This document shows positions 45,792 to 55,033 of a stretch of 64,000 bases of DNA, one piece after another; positions within the stretch are counted from its first letter, which is position 1, and each line of letters starts with the position of its first letter. The translations under genes were made by a program, and so were the position numbers. Origin of the DNA: Candidatus Omnitrophota bacterium (lineage in GTDB: Bacteria > Omnitrophota > Gorgyraeia > Zapsychrales > Zapsychraceae); NCBI GenBank assembly GCA_035292445.1, contig DATDQB010000013.1, forward strand, positions 7,884-71,883, written 5' to 3'. The notes under the pieces were generated by a model. It was not told where the DNA came from. It worked only from the letters and a program-made list of their open reading frames with translations, and made no database searches.

Positions 45792-46805
45792 CTAGAGTTT
45801 GATCCGTTTACCGTCTTTATTGATCGATTCCTGGATGCCGCAAAGGGTTTCGACGACATCCATCCCTTTTTGCGCGTCGGCGTTGATAGGTTGCTGGTCC
45901 TTCTTAACACACTCAAGAAAATACGACCCCTGCGCCTTTAAAGGTTCCGCCAGGTCGATCTTGGGGATCATAGTGTTCCCCTCCTGCGACAATAATTGAA
46001 ACTCGCCGTACGTAGCATAATAGGTGCTCGTCTTCTCGACATGTTTATCATAGACCTTCACCGGCCCCGCGCTATCCAGATCATCCCACACCAGCATTTT
46101 CTTATCGCCGACGATCGTGATCTGCCTGACCTTTTTCGGGTCCAGCCAGCTCACGTGAATATTCACCAATAAATTATCCGGGTATTGCAAATGGGCGAAA
46201 GCCAGATCTTCCAAGGAGGTCCCCAACACCTTTTGCCCATGGCCGATGACGCTTAAAGGTTTGGCATTGAAAAGATAATTAAAGATCGAAATGTCGTGCG
46301 GCGCCAAATCCCATAAGGCGTTCACGTCGTAACGGAACGGCCCGAGGTTAATGCGCGTTGAGTACGCGTAATGGATGCGCCCCAATTCGCCGGATTCGAT
46401 GAATTTCTTGACCCAGCTGATGCCGGCGTTAAAAACAAAAACATGGCCGACCATTAAGACCCTCTTTTGCTTGGCGGCGAGCGTTTTTAGCTGCGCGCAT
46501 TCTTTGGGGGTGAGCGCCAAGGGCTTCTCGCACAGGACGTGCTTGCCGGCCAATAACGCTTCTTTGGTAATCTTAAAATGCAGATTCGTCGGCACGGAAA
46601 TGACAACGGCATCCACTTCCTTGGCCTTTAAGAGTTCCTGGTAATCCTTGGTCGTTTTGATGGCGGGGTAAAGCCCCTGAATGTGCTTGAGCCTCTTTTC
46701 ATCCGGGTCCGCGCACATGACGGATTGGCTATCGGGCAGTTGGGAAAAAACGCGGATATGGTTCGGCCCCCAATAACCGCAGCCGATGATACCTACTCTG
46801 ATCAA
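45792..46805 (-). CDS. Gfo/Idh/MocA oxidoreductase (nucleotide-sugar dehydrogenase)
   Basis: GCGYWG, EKP, WDLAPHD, SWLDP.K.R. Confidence 0.9.
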   Translation of the reverse strand: MIRVGIIGCGYWGPNHIRVFSQLPDSQSVMCADPDEKRLKHIQGLYPAIKTTKDYQELLKAKEVDAVVISVPTNLHFKITKEALLAGKHVLCEKPLALTPKECAQLKTLAAKQKRVLMVGHVFVFNAGISWVKKFIESGELGRIHYAYSTRINLGPFRYDVNALWDLAPHDISIFNYLFNAKPLSVIGHGQKVLGTSLEDLAFAHLQYPDNLLVNIHVSWLDPKKVRQITIVGDKKMLVWDDLDSAGPVKVYDKHVEKTSTYYATYGEFQLLSQEGNTMIPKIDLAEPLKAQGSYFLECVKKDQQPINADAQKGMDVVETLCGIQESINKDGKRIKL

Positions 46806-46961
46806 GCAAACCCCCTTAATTTAATATTAATAATAGTTAGTATTATACTTTTTAACCCTTCTTAAGAAAAGCCTTAATTTTTCATTTGTTGATGACTGTG
46901 GTTTCCCATTTTCAAAGTTGCATTCATCGATAGTTGTAGTACAATGACCTTAAAGTACGCT

Positions 46962-47399
46962 ATGAACTCCCCTCAACGACCAAAGCTTAGCTTTGCCTTC
47001 ATCCTAAGAACCTTTCTCACCGCCTCCCTGGCCGTCATCACCCTCATTAATTGTTTCCAACTTTATAAAGAAACAATGTCCATTAGGAAAATAAAACGCG
47101 TCATGCCTTTTTCGTTCCCGGGGTTGCGCTTTTCGGGGCTTGAAGCTGTCTTTGAAGGCGTTGAACGCATCGGTTTTTATACGGATAAGGATGTGACAGC
47201 CGGCGAATACGCAGCGATCTTTGCCCAAGCCCAATTGGTCTTGGCCCCCACGATCCTCGATCTCAATAACCTTCAGCACACCTTCATTCTTTTTGATTGT
47301 ACGCGGGAAGAAATGGCCATGGCTAAAATAAAAGAGATCGGGGCCATCCCTTTAAAGAGGAACCAGTACGGCATTATCCTGGCGAGGCGGACCAAATGA
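46962..47399 (+). CDS. Hypothetical membrane-anchored protein
   Basis: One TM; AQLVLAP motif; coupled to the next gene; start moved to 46962 because ATG 46944 overlaps a TTGCAT-N16-TACAAT promoter. Confidence 0.65.
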   Translation: MNSPQRPKLSFAFILRTFLTASLAVITLINCFQLYKETMSIRKIKRVMPFSFPGLRFSGLEAVFEGVERIGFYTDKDVTAGEYAAIFAQAQLVLAPTILDLNNLQHTFILFDCTREEMAMAKIKEIGAIPLKRNQYGIILARRTK

Positions 47400-48760
47400 A
47401 CGACGTACTGATCTATCTTCCTTTCGCCCTGTCTTTTCTCATCGGGTACTTGCTGATTTCTCTTGTGCTTAAAGACACTGGCCCCATCGGGCCCTTATTT
47501 CGTCTTTCCTTGGCGGGCGGGATAGGGTTGGGCGTGAGCTCTTATCTGACCTTCCTTAATTTTATGGTCCTCGATAGGTTCAACGCGCCTTTTCTGATCG
47601 TCGGCCACGCCACTGTCTTATTTCTGATATTTTTAGGCTTACTCGCGTCAGCTAAGCGTCCGGCCTCTTCCCGGCCTTCTCATAAATTCCCGCTCACGGA
47701 CATATTGTCCTTTGTTGGGTTGATCATTATTTTCATACCCATTTACTATATCGCCACCTTTTATCCTTACGGCGGCTGGGATGCTTGGGCCGTGTGGCAC
47801 TTTAAAAGCAAATTCCTCTTTTTGGCCGATTCCCACTGGCGCAATATGTTTGACCCAGTCCTTTGGCGCTCAAGCCCCCACTACCCTCTTCTGTTACCCT
47901 TTATCAACGTCTGGGGCTGGGCGTTGCAACAAAAAGCTATCTATCAGATACCGCTTATAACATCGCTTTTATTTACATTTTTGACATGCTCGCTTCTTGT
48001 CTCATCCTTGCAAAAACTCACCTCATCCCGATGGTCTTTCTTGACCGCCTTGGTGATTCTGACGTTGCCGTTTTATACCAAAACGGCCGTCAGCCAATAT
48101 GCGGATGTGGTCTTGGGATACTATACGCTGGCCGCTCTTGTCTGCCTCGTTCTGGGGGGCATGCAACGCATGAGAAGATACTGTTTCTTAAGCGGGATAT
48201 TTGTCGGGTTTTTGAGTTTTACCAAACCAGAAGGATTGATCGCGTCTTTACTTTTAATGTCGCTGGGCTCTTTGTACCTGCTTTGGTCGAACAACCCCAA
48301 ACGTAAAGAGCTCCTCCTTTCCTATACGATCGGCGCTGCCATGACCCTTATTCCGTCATTGTTGTTTTATTGGCTGATAGCCCCGGCCAATATCACCAGT
48401 TTCAATGGGTTCATCTCCCAGGCGCCTCCATCGACATTGGAGCGGTTAAAGGTCATCTTTGTGTATTATCTGTTGGAATGGCTTACCCCAAAATGGAACG
48501 GCCTGCTGATCATCCTGTTTCTTGCCGTCATCGCCGGCGCGCGCTTATGTTTCCGGAAAGAGACGTGGGTTTTACCAACGTTCCTTTTCCTCTACATTGC
48601 CGGCGTGACTCTGTATTACTGGATGAATACCTATTTTGAGATCCTTTGGTGGCTTTCGGTGACGCTGAACCGGGTCATCGCTTCCCTCTTACCGGTCGTC
48701 CTTTGGTGGGTGTTCTTTGCGCTGGGGCGGGAACAACATAAACAGCCGCCGAATGATTAG
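47396..48760 (+). CDS. Polytopic GT-C (ArnT/PMT-like) membrane glycosyltransferase
   Basis: WDAWAVW..K, HYP, YAD, TKPEG; >10 TM segments. Confidence 0.7.
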   Translation: MNDVLIYLPFALSFLIGYLLISLVLKDTGPIGPLFRLSLAGGIGLGVSSYLTFLNFMVLDRFNAPFLIVGHATVLFLIFLGLLASAKRPASSRPSHKFPLTDILSFVGLIIIFIPIYYIATFYPYGGWDAWAVWHFKSKFLFLADSHWRNMFDPVLWRSSPHYPLLLPFINVWGWALQQKAIYQIPLITSLLFTFLTCSLLVSSLQKLTSSRWSFLTALVILTLPFYTKTAVSQYADVVLGYYTLAALVCLVLGGMQRMRRYCFLSGIFVGFLSFTKPEGLIASLLLMSLGSLYLLWSNNPKRKELLLSYTIGAAMTLIPSLLFYWLIAPANITSFNGFISQAPPSTLERLKVIFVYYLLEWLTPKWNGLLIILFLAVIAGARLCFRKETWVLPTFLFLYIAGVTLYYWMNTYFEILWWLSVTLNRVIASLLPVVLWWVFFALGREQHKQPPND

Positions 48761-48762
48761 AA

Positions 48763-49239
48763 TTATTTCGGCCGTTCGATCTTAAGAATTTTGTAATGCA
48801 GCATGCCTGCGGGGACTTTGACTTTCACCTCAATGCCCGCCGCTTGCCCCATCAACCCCTGGCCGATGGGAGAAATGATCGATATCTTGTTTTCTTCATA
48901 ATCGGCTTCTTCGGCGGAAACCATCATGTATTTGAACTTTTCGTCCGTATCCAGATCCTGGAGCGTCACGATAGCGCCGATGTAAATCTTATCACTGGGG
49001 ATATCCTCATCTTCGATGATACGCACCGCGGCCAACTTGTTTTCCAGCCCCGCGATGCGCGCGCCGTTGTGCGCCTGGGCGTCTTTGGCAGCATCGTACT
49101 CGGCGTTTTCCGAGATGTCCCCCTGGTGCCGGGCCTCTTCAATGGCCCTGGAAATCCTCACGCGCTCCTTCTTGAGCCCTTCGAGTTCCTCGGCCAGCTT
49201 CTGATGACCGGCCCGCGTTAAATAAATTTCTCCTGACAT
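48763..49239 (-). CDS. greA: Transcription elongation factor GreA
   Basis: GDISENAEYDAAK, IS..SPIG..L.G. Confidence 0.97.
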   Translation of the reverse strand: MSGEIYLTRAGHQKLAEELEGLKKERVRISRAIEEARHQGDISENAEYDAAKDAQAHNGARIAGLENKLAAVRIIEDEDIPSDKIYIGAIVTLQDLDTDEKFKYMMVSAEEADYEENKISIISPIGQGLMGQAAGIEVKVKVPAGMLHYKILKIERPK

Positions 49240-49269
49240 AGATATCTTCCCTAAAATTGTTCCTTACGC

Positions 49270-49503
49270 TTACATATTTTCGAGCGCCTTGACCATCAAA
49301 GGAACGATTTCCTGGGCCTCATCTTTTGTCAAGCGCCCCATCTTGGCAAAGCGCCATTCCCCATCGACGCTCAGATTTTCCCGTGATATTTGAAGTTTTT
49401 TAGGGCCTTCATTGTAGGAAAATACCCCTACCGAAATCCTTGTATCTTCAAATTCCTTCACTTCTTTGAAAGTTTCCACATCTAACGATTTTTCGTACGG
49501 CAT
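49270..49503 (-). CDS. Small hypothetical protein, possible PC4/YdbC-like nucleic-acid-binding fold
   Basis: VGVFSYNEGPKKLQISR..W.F.KMGRLT..E; AAGGAGG RBS. Confidence 0.65.
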   Translation of the reverse strand: MPYEKSLDVETFKEVKEFEDTRISVGVFSYNEGPKKLQISRENLSVDGEWRFAKMGRLTKDEAQEIVPLMVKALENM

Positions 49504-49586
49504 GATCCTTCCTCCTTTAGGTTAACACAAAGCATGTCATGGCGATCTTTAGAAATCGACCCCGCGGCATCTGGATTAAAAACAAA

Positions 49587-49615
49587 ATTCTAACGGTCTT
49601 AAATTAAAAAAGCAA
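49587..49615 (-). promoter_or_regulatory. Putative sigma70 promoter for the 49503 gene and greA
   Basis: TTGCTT-N17-TAGAAT on the minus strand. Confidence 0.6.
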
Positions 49616-49618
49616 GTT

Positions 49619-49912
49619 TTATTTCAAACGGTACCCCAGATCGATCAGCGTCATCACCAAGAACGATTTCAGGAAAATAATGGCGACAAAAGCGATAATA
49701 GGAGAAATGTCTATCGCCATGGGCGGCAGCAGGCGGCGAATGGGCTGTAAAATGGGCTCGGTCGTCCGGTACAAAAATTGCATGATCGGATTGAACGGGT
49801 CAGGGTTGACCCAGCTAACAAGGGCCCGGATCAGGACCAGCCAATACATCATCGTCAATACAATGTCGACGATCCGGGCAAGGGCTATAAGGAAATTACT
49901 TAAAACAAACAT
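49619..49912 (-). CDS. yggT: YggT family membrane protein
   Basis: SWVNPDPFNP..FL..TEP.L.PIRR..IDISPI. Confidence 0.93.
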   Translation of the reverse strand: MFVLSNFLIALARIVDIVLTMMYWLVLIRALVSWVNPDPFNPIMQFLYRTTEPILQPIRRLLPPMAIDISPIIAFVAIIFLKSFLVMTLIDLGYRLK

Positions 49913-49918
49913 AAAATT

Positions 49919-50998
49919 TTATTTTCTCGCATCTAATTCAAAAGCTTGCTCTTGGGTCAAATTGACCGCTTCAATAGGATAAGGAATGACAATCCCCTCT
50001 TGGGCGTAACGCTTATGCAGGCGCTTGATGAATTCATGCTTGATCAAATAGTTATCCACGAATTCTTTGGCCCTAAGAATGACGCTGAAATTAATGCTAT
50101 AAGCATTAAAGGTATGATAGCGGATAAAGGGCTGGAATTCCTTGACCCCGCCCGGGACCTCCTGCAATGTTTGTTTGGCAACCTCGACAGTGACCTGTTC
50201 GACTTTTTCCAAATCCGACTGGTAATGGACCCCCACCTCGACCAACACCGCCATCTCCGTTTCAGGATAATAATAATTGGTCAGCCGTGAGTCTATCAGC
50301 AATTTATTGGGGATCACCACGACATTGTTGGGCAGCATGCGCAGCCACGTGGAGCGCCAGCCGATCTTGTGGATATAACCTTCCTCGCCCGATTCCAGCT
50401 TAACAAAATGCCCGACCTTAACAGACTGATCGGCGATGATCTGGATGCCGGCAAAAAAGTTCTCAAGGGTGGGCTGGATGGCGAGCGCCACCGCCAATGA
50501 GCCGATCCCCAAAGAAGCGATAAGAGGCGTTATGGAAACCCCGAAACTGTCCAAAAGAATTAATAAACCGAGGCCTATAACGATGATGCGCACGATCCCT
50601 CTGGCGATGCCTCCGGAGGAACGCAAAATATCAATTTTATTGGAATAAGCGTGAAGGATGCCGTTCGAAAAGCGGTCGACAAATAAAACAATGGCGATGA
50701 CGGTCGTTACTTTGAAACCAACCAAAAAATAATTGGTAAGCTGCGCCTCTGTCGCCACCGGCAGCATTTGCTCGACCAACGCGCCGCCGCTGGTAAAAAT
50801 GAGCAGAAGAATTGGAAAATCAGCGGAGTGAGTAAAAATATCGTCGAGATGCGTATCCGTTGTCTTGGCAAAACGCTTGATGGCCCTGAAAGCAAGATTC
50901 TTGAAAAAAAGCAGGACCGTTACCCAAACAAAATATATTACTGGGACGATTACCCACGCCGGGATCGTATAACCCAATAATTGAATAAGATCAGACAT
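49919..50998 (-). CDS. Small-conductance mechanosensitive channel (MscS family)
   Basis: ASLGIGSLAVALA.Q..L.N, G....IGWRST, IPN, GI.IPYP. Confidence 0.93.
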   Translation of the reverse strand: MSDLIQLLGYTIPAWVIVPVIYFVWVTVLLFFKNLAFRAIKRFAKTTDTHLDDIFTHSADFPILLLIFTSGGALVEQMLPVATEAQLTNYFLVGFKVTTVIAIVLFVDRFSNGILHAYSNKIDILRSSGGIARGIVRIIVIGLGLLILLDSFGVSITPLIASLGIGSLAVALAIQPTLENFFAGIQIIADQSVKVGHFVKLESGEEGYIHKIGWRSTWLRMLPNNVVVIPNKLLIDSRLTNYYYPETEMAVLVEVGVHYQSDLEKVEQVTVEVAKQTLQEVPGGVKEFQPFIRYHTFNAYSINFSVILRAKEFVDNYLIKHEFIKRLHKRYAQEGIVIPYPIEAVNLTQEQAFELDARK

Positions 50999-51015
50999 GC
51001 GCCTAAGCCCCTTTG

Positions 51016-51687
51016 CTAAAAAACCTTAAACAAGCTTCCCTCGATGATCTGCTGCTCCAATCGGTCGAACATCCTCTTTGACTTACGCGTGATCTGCTGC
51101 AGTTCGTCCATGATGTCATTAAGCCCCTCGGCCGTGATCAGTAGGGCGCGGGAAGAATCGACCATGACGTCCGTTAGTTCGACGATATCGACTTTATTGA
51201 GTTCCTCCGCCGTTTTGGTGAACGCCTGGGCGGCATCGGAAAACTTAATCGCCAGATCGCCGACATCAATCGGCTCTTCGCCGATAATAAACTGGTTAAA
51301 ATCGGCCGGTTGCTGACCCTCCAGCGAATAAATCTCGACCAGCTTTTCCCCCAAGATCCCTTCCGTCTTAATGGTATACTGGGTCGCTTTTTCCAATTGC
51401 TTACGGTACTTGGTTAAGATATTGATCGTGACCTGCACCTTTTTCCCTTTCACGTCCCTTTCCAAAAAATCAATGCTCGCCACATTGCCGACATTAACGC
51501 CCGAAAGCAAAGCCGGCGCCCCTTCCGTTAATCCCCCGACATTATTAAAAAGAACGCGAATCTGGAATTTGGGCTGGGAAAAGCCCTTATCGCTTCCGAT
51601 CGTAAAAACAAACAGGATAACTAAAAATATCCCTGTCAGGAAAAATACGGCGGCCAGAAATTGTTTGGTAAGCTCTTTTTTTTCCAT
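51016..51687 (-). CDS. mlaD: MlaD/MCE domain protein
   Basis: N-terminal TM, F.NVGGL..GA....GV.VG.V, GILGEK, helical tail. Confidence 0.85.
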   Translation of the reverse strand: MEKKELTKQFLAAVFFLTGIFLVILFVFTIGSDKGFSQPKFQIRVLFNNVGGLTEGAPALLSGVNVGNVASIDFLERDVKGKKVQVTINILTKYRKQLEKATQYTIKTEGILGEKLVEIYSLEGQQPADFNQFIIGEEPIDVGDLAIKFSDAAQAFTKTAEELNKVDIVELTDVMVDSSRALLITAEGLNDIMDELQQITRKSKRMFDRLEQQIIEGSLFKVF

Positions 51688-51692
51688 GATAT

Positions 51693-52409
51693 TTATCCGA
51701 TAAACTCCTGAACAAATGAATTGGTTGATGCTTCCAGCTCCTGGCGCGTCCCCACGGCGATCAACCGGCAATCCTGGATCAGGGCCAAGCGGTCCGCGAC
51801 ACGCAACGAATTGTCGATATCGTGGGAGGTCATCACCGTCGTACAGCCCAGTTTCTTGGAAACATCCCGGATAAGATTAGAAATGTCCCGGCTTCGGATC
51901 GGATCAAGCCCGGAGGTCGGCTCATCGCATAAAAGGATCTTGGAATCCAGGATGATCGCCCGGGCCAAGGCGACCCGCTTTTTCATCCCGCCGCTTAACT
52001 CCGCCGGGAACTTGTCCTCAACATCCTTCAAATCCAGCGCATCGAGCGTCTTCTTCACCTTTTCTTTAATTTCTTTCGAAGTCAGCGTGGTATGCTCCCT
52101 TAAAGGGAAGCCGACATTCTCGGCCACGGTCATGAAATCATATAAAGCGCCCTCCTGAAACAAATAACCAATATTTTTGCGTAATTGCAGCAGTTCCCCC
52201 TCGTCCAATTTTGCAATATCAACGCCGTTGATAAAGACCTGGCCCTGGTCCGGCTTAAGAAGCCCTATCAGGTGCTTCAAAAAAACGCTTTTCCCTTCGC
52301 CGCTTCCCCCCAGAATGGCCATGATCTCCCCGGTTTTTACCTCCAGGTTGATGTCTTCCAGAACCTGCTCATTATCAAACGCTTTATAAAGGTTGGTCAC
52401 CTTAATCAT
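51693..52409 (-). CDS. mlaF: MlaF-type ABC ATP-binding protein
   Basis: GGSGEGKS, FQ.GAL.D, LSGGMKKR, DEPTSGLDP; start at ATG 52409. Confidence 0.9.
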   Translation of the reverse strand: MIKVTNLYKAFDNEQVLEDINLEVKTGEIMAILGGSGEGKSVFLKHLIGLLKPDQGQVFINGVDIAKLDEGELLQLRKNIGYLFQEGALYDFMTVAENVGFPLREHTTLTSKEIKEKVKKTLDALDLKDVEDKFPAELSGGMKKRVALARAIILDSKILLCDEPTSGLDPIRSRDISNLIRDVSKKLGCTTVMTSHDIDNSLRVADRLALIQDCRLIAVGTRQELEASTNSFVQEFIG

Positions 52410-52755
52410 GAAGGCGCCTCTCAAAGTAACGGAATTTATTCTTCCCGAACTTGGTATACAACCGGCCGTACGGACGGACATCGATCTTATCAACGAAGAA
52501 TTGCGTCCCGCGGTATTCACCCAAAATGTATACTTCCGAATCCATAAGGGTCTCCACCCCGTCCACGGGATACCACATCTCTCCCTCAAATTCGATCGGT
52601 TCCCCGTCACGGATCCACACGGGCTCGGTGGAATGGATCGGATAGGTCTGCAAATGCCCCAAATTGCCCGCTTTCATATTGCTCGTGCATCCGGTAAACA
52701 TCATGCAGGCGAACAGGAAAGTATAAACTAAAAAATCGTTTTTATTGGTCTTCAT
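52402..52755 (-). CDS. Hypothetical lipoprotein within the mla operon
   Basis: Lipobox FTGC; coupled between mlaE and mlaF. Confidence 0.75.
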   Translation of the reverse strand: MKTNKNDFLVYTFLFACMMFTGCTSNMKAGNLGHLQTYPIHSTEPVWIRDGEPIEFEGEMWYPVDGVETLMDSEVYILGEYRGTQFFVDKIDVRPYGRLYTKFGKNKFRYFERRLHD

Positions 52756-52758
52756 GCG

Positions 52759-53529
52759 TTATCCCCAGATATTAAGGATCGTTTTCGTTAAAACCGTATT
52801 GGATAAGATGATAAAGATGTACGAATACGCCACCGCCTGGGTCGTGTATTTGCCCACCCCTAACGAGCCTCCTTTGGTGATCACCCCCTGGTAGCAGCAA
52901 ACCCAGCCGATCAAAATGCCGAAAAAGACGACTTTGATCATGCCGCTGAAAAAATCGACATATCGGATGGCTTTAATGGTCTGGTTGATATAGAACGTGC
53001 CCGGGATATGGGCTTCAAAAATACCGATACAATAACCGCCGGCGATACCGATGATCTCCGAAATAACCGTCAGGACCGGAAGGGCGATGATACAGCCCAA
53101 GAACCTCGGGACGATGAGGAATTCGACCGGGTCAACCCCCATCGTGCGGGTGGCCAGCATCTGGTCATTGACGCTCATCGACCCCAGCTCGGCGGTGATC
53201 CTTGCCCCGGCCTTTCCCGAGAAAATGAGCGCGGTGAATACCGGGCTCAGCTCCCGTACCAGCGACAACGCCACGATCGGGGCGATCACTTCCTTGGCGC
53301 CAAAACGGATCAAGACAACCAAACTCTGCATGGCGATGACCAGCCCCGAGGCGAGCGACGTCAAAGCGATAATAATAACAGACTGCAACCCCTGCTCGTA
53401 AACCTGCTTGAGCACTTCCTTAAAACGCACGCGGCCGCTGAAAATGCAACGGAGCATATCGCCTAAGAACCAAAGAGCATCGCCAAAATCAGCGATAATA
53501 TTTATGATCGGTTGAATAATATATTTCAT
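52759..53529 (-). CDS. mlaE: MlaE-type ABC permease
   Basis: RELSPV..GK.GA...AELGSM....Q, G.DP...L..PR, GVG..TT.AV. Confidence 0.92.
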   Translation of the reverse strand: MKYIIQPIINIIADFGDALWFLGDMLRCIFSGRVRFKEVLKQVYEQGLQSVIIIALTSLASGLVIAMQSLVVLIRFGAKEVIAPIVALSLVRELSPVFTALIFSGKAGARITAELGSMSVNDQMLATRTMGVDPVEFLIVPRFLGCIIALPVLTVISEIIGIAGGYCIGIFEAHIPGTFYINQTIKAIRYVDFFSGMIKVVFFGILIGWVCCYQGVITKGGSLGVGKYTTQAVAYSYIFIILSNTVLTKTILNIWG

Positions 53530-53595
53530 GAATGTCGATATTATAAAGTAATTTGAGCTTAAGGTAAACCCTTTTATCAATCCCGTTTCTTCTAA

Positions 53596-54108
53596 TTATT
53601 TCGAATGTTTTTCCTTAAGCCAAACGGATCTCATCTCTTCGGTGATCTCATGTTCAAGCGTATGCGGTATATTTTTAGGCTGATCTTTCTTGGCGGCCCC
53701 CTTGCCCTTTGAAGGCTTTTTGATCAAAAGGGCATCGCCTTTTTCGATAAACTCCTTGACCTCCATGGCCTTGGCCCCGAGGGCGCGGATGGCGTATTGC
53801 ACCGGGCGGTCATTGGTGACCACAATGATATTCCCTCGATTCTCTGCCTCATCCACCAGCCACAAGATCTTCTCATCGGCCGTTTCATGGCTTGAAAAAA
53901 CTATTTTTACCGTACTGGCGCCTTCAAAGCCGTAATGGCCCGACTTGCCGTCAAAAACGACCGTCACTGTGTTGTTCAAACTTCCCTGGGGGCGCTTGCG
54001 TTCGACGAAATCAATAAGCTTTCTTCTTTGCTCCTCCAGGCTACCCTTTGAAAGGGCCGGCACCTGGTAAATGATGTTGTACCCGTCCAGAAGGAAATGT
54101 AAAGACAT
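53596..54108 (-). CDS. NYN/YacP-like ribonuclease domain protein
   Basis: LLDGYN, VVFDG, TADE.I, VVTND. Confidence 0.85.
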   Translation of the reverse strand: MSLHFLLDGYNIIYQVPALSKGSLEEQRRKLIDFVERKRPQGSLNNTVTVVFDGKSGHYGFEGASTVKIVFSSHETADEKILWLVDEAENRGNIIVVTNDRPVQYAIRALGAKAMEVKEFIEKGDALLIKKPSKGKGAAKKDQPKNIPHTLEHEITEEMRSVWLKEKHSK

Positions 54109-55033
54109 AGACCACACCTCCCATCAGCCCCACGGCCACCATAAAAAAGAAGGAAATGAGCGACATGCCGACGGCGATCTCCTGGGCCACGCCCACTTTG
54201 GCAAAAAGATAGGCCGCGCCGAACTCCCTCACGCCAAGCCCGCCAATGGAAGGAAACGCCGAGGCGATGCAAATTAAGGGAACAAAGATCAAAAAGTAGA
54301 TCAACGGAATATCCTGATGAAGCGCTTTGGAAATAAAATAGAACGAGAAAATGAAAACGCTCTGGCTAAAGCAAGCAATGGCCATGGCCTTGAAGGCTTC
54401 TTGAGGCTTGCCCTTAAGAAGGGATAGGTCATAATGCACTTCCATCAGCTTTGCTTTAATCTTCGGCAACCCGTTAAAAATAAGACAGCCAAAAGAATAG
54501 ATCCGTTCGTTAAATAAAACAGCTACGGCCACCAAAGAACCCAAGCCCATCAGGGCGATCAAGATCAGGACCGAATTATCCTGGATCAGTTTATACCCGA
54601 AGAGAAAGGAGCAGGTCGCAACGACAATGATGGCCGCAAACCCGCTTAAACGATCCAGTATCACCGAAGCAACGACCTTCGGTTTCTGGGAGCTGTGCTG
54701 GCAAAGCCCTAAGATCTTGATCAGATCACCGCCGATCGAAGACGGCAAGAACAAATTCCCGAAAAGGCCGATAAAAAAATACCGGAACACGTTCCAGATC
54801 GAGACGCTCAGGTCCACCGCTCTTATGAGCACAAACCAACGGTAAAGCAAAATAAAATTAACGCTTAAAAATATGATGAACCCCAGCAATAAAACAGCCG
54901 CATCCGCGGCGCGAAGTAGCGCAAAAGTTTCCGCGGTGTCGATCTTGGAGAATAAATACCACAACAATGCGCCGCTTAGGCCAAGCCTCCCTAGAAGTGA
55001 AAACGTTTCTTTTGTTTTATGTTTTAAGGACAT
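54041..55033 (-). CDS. Lysylphosphatidylglycerol synthase TM / AglD2-like flippase domain protein (UPF0104)
   Basis: RW..L, F.N.FLP...GGD, DR..G, P....GLG.RE. Confidence 0.85.
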   Translation of the reverse strand: MSLKHKTKETFSLLGRLGLSGALLWYLFSKIDTAETFALLRAADAAVLLLGFIIFLSVNFILLYRWFVLIRAVDLSVSIWNVFRYFFIGLFGNLFLPSSIGGDLIKILGLCQHSSQKPKVVASVILDRLSGFAAIIVVATCSFLFGYKLIQDNSVLILIALMGLGSLVAVAVLFNERIYSFGCLIFNGLPKIKAKLMEVHYDLSLLKGKPQEAFKAMAIACFSQSVFIFSFYFISKALHQDIPLIYFLIFVPLICIASAFPSIGGLGVREFGAAYLFAKVGVAQEIAVGMSLISFFFMVAVGLMGGVVYVFTFPSGRVQHHLPGAGPFKG

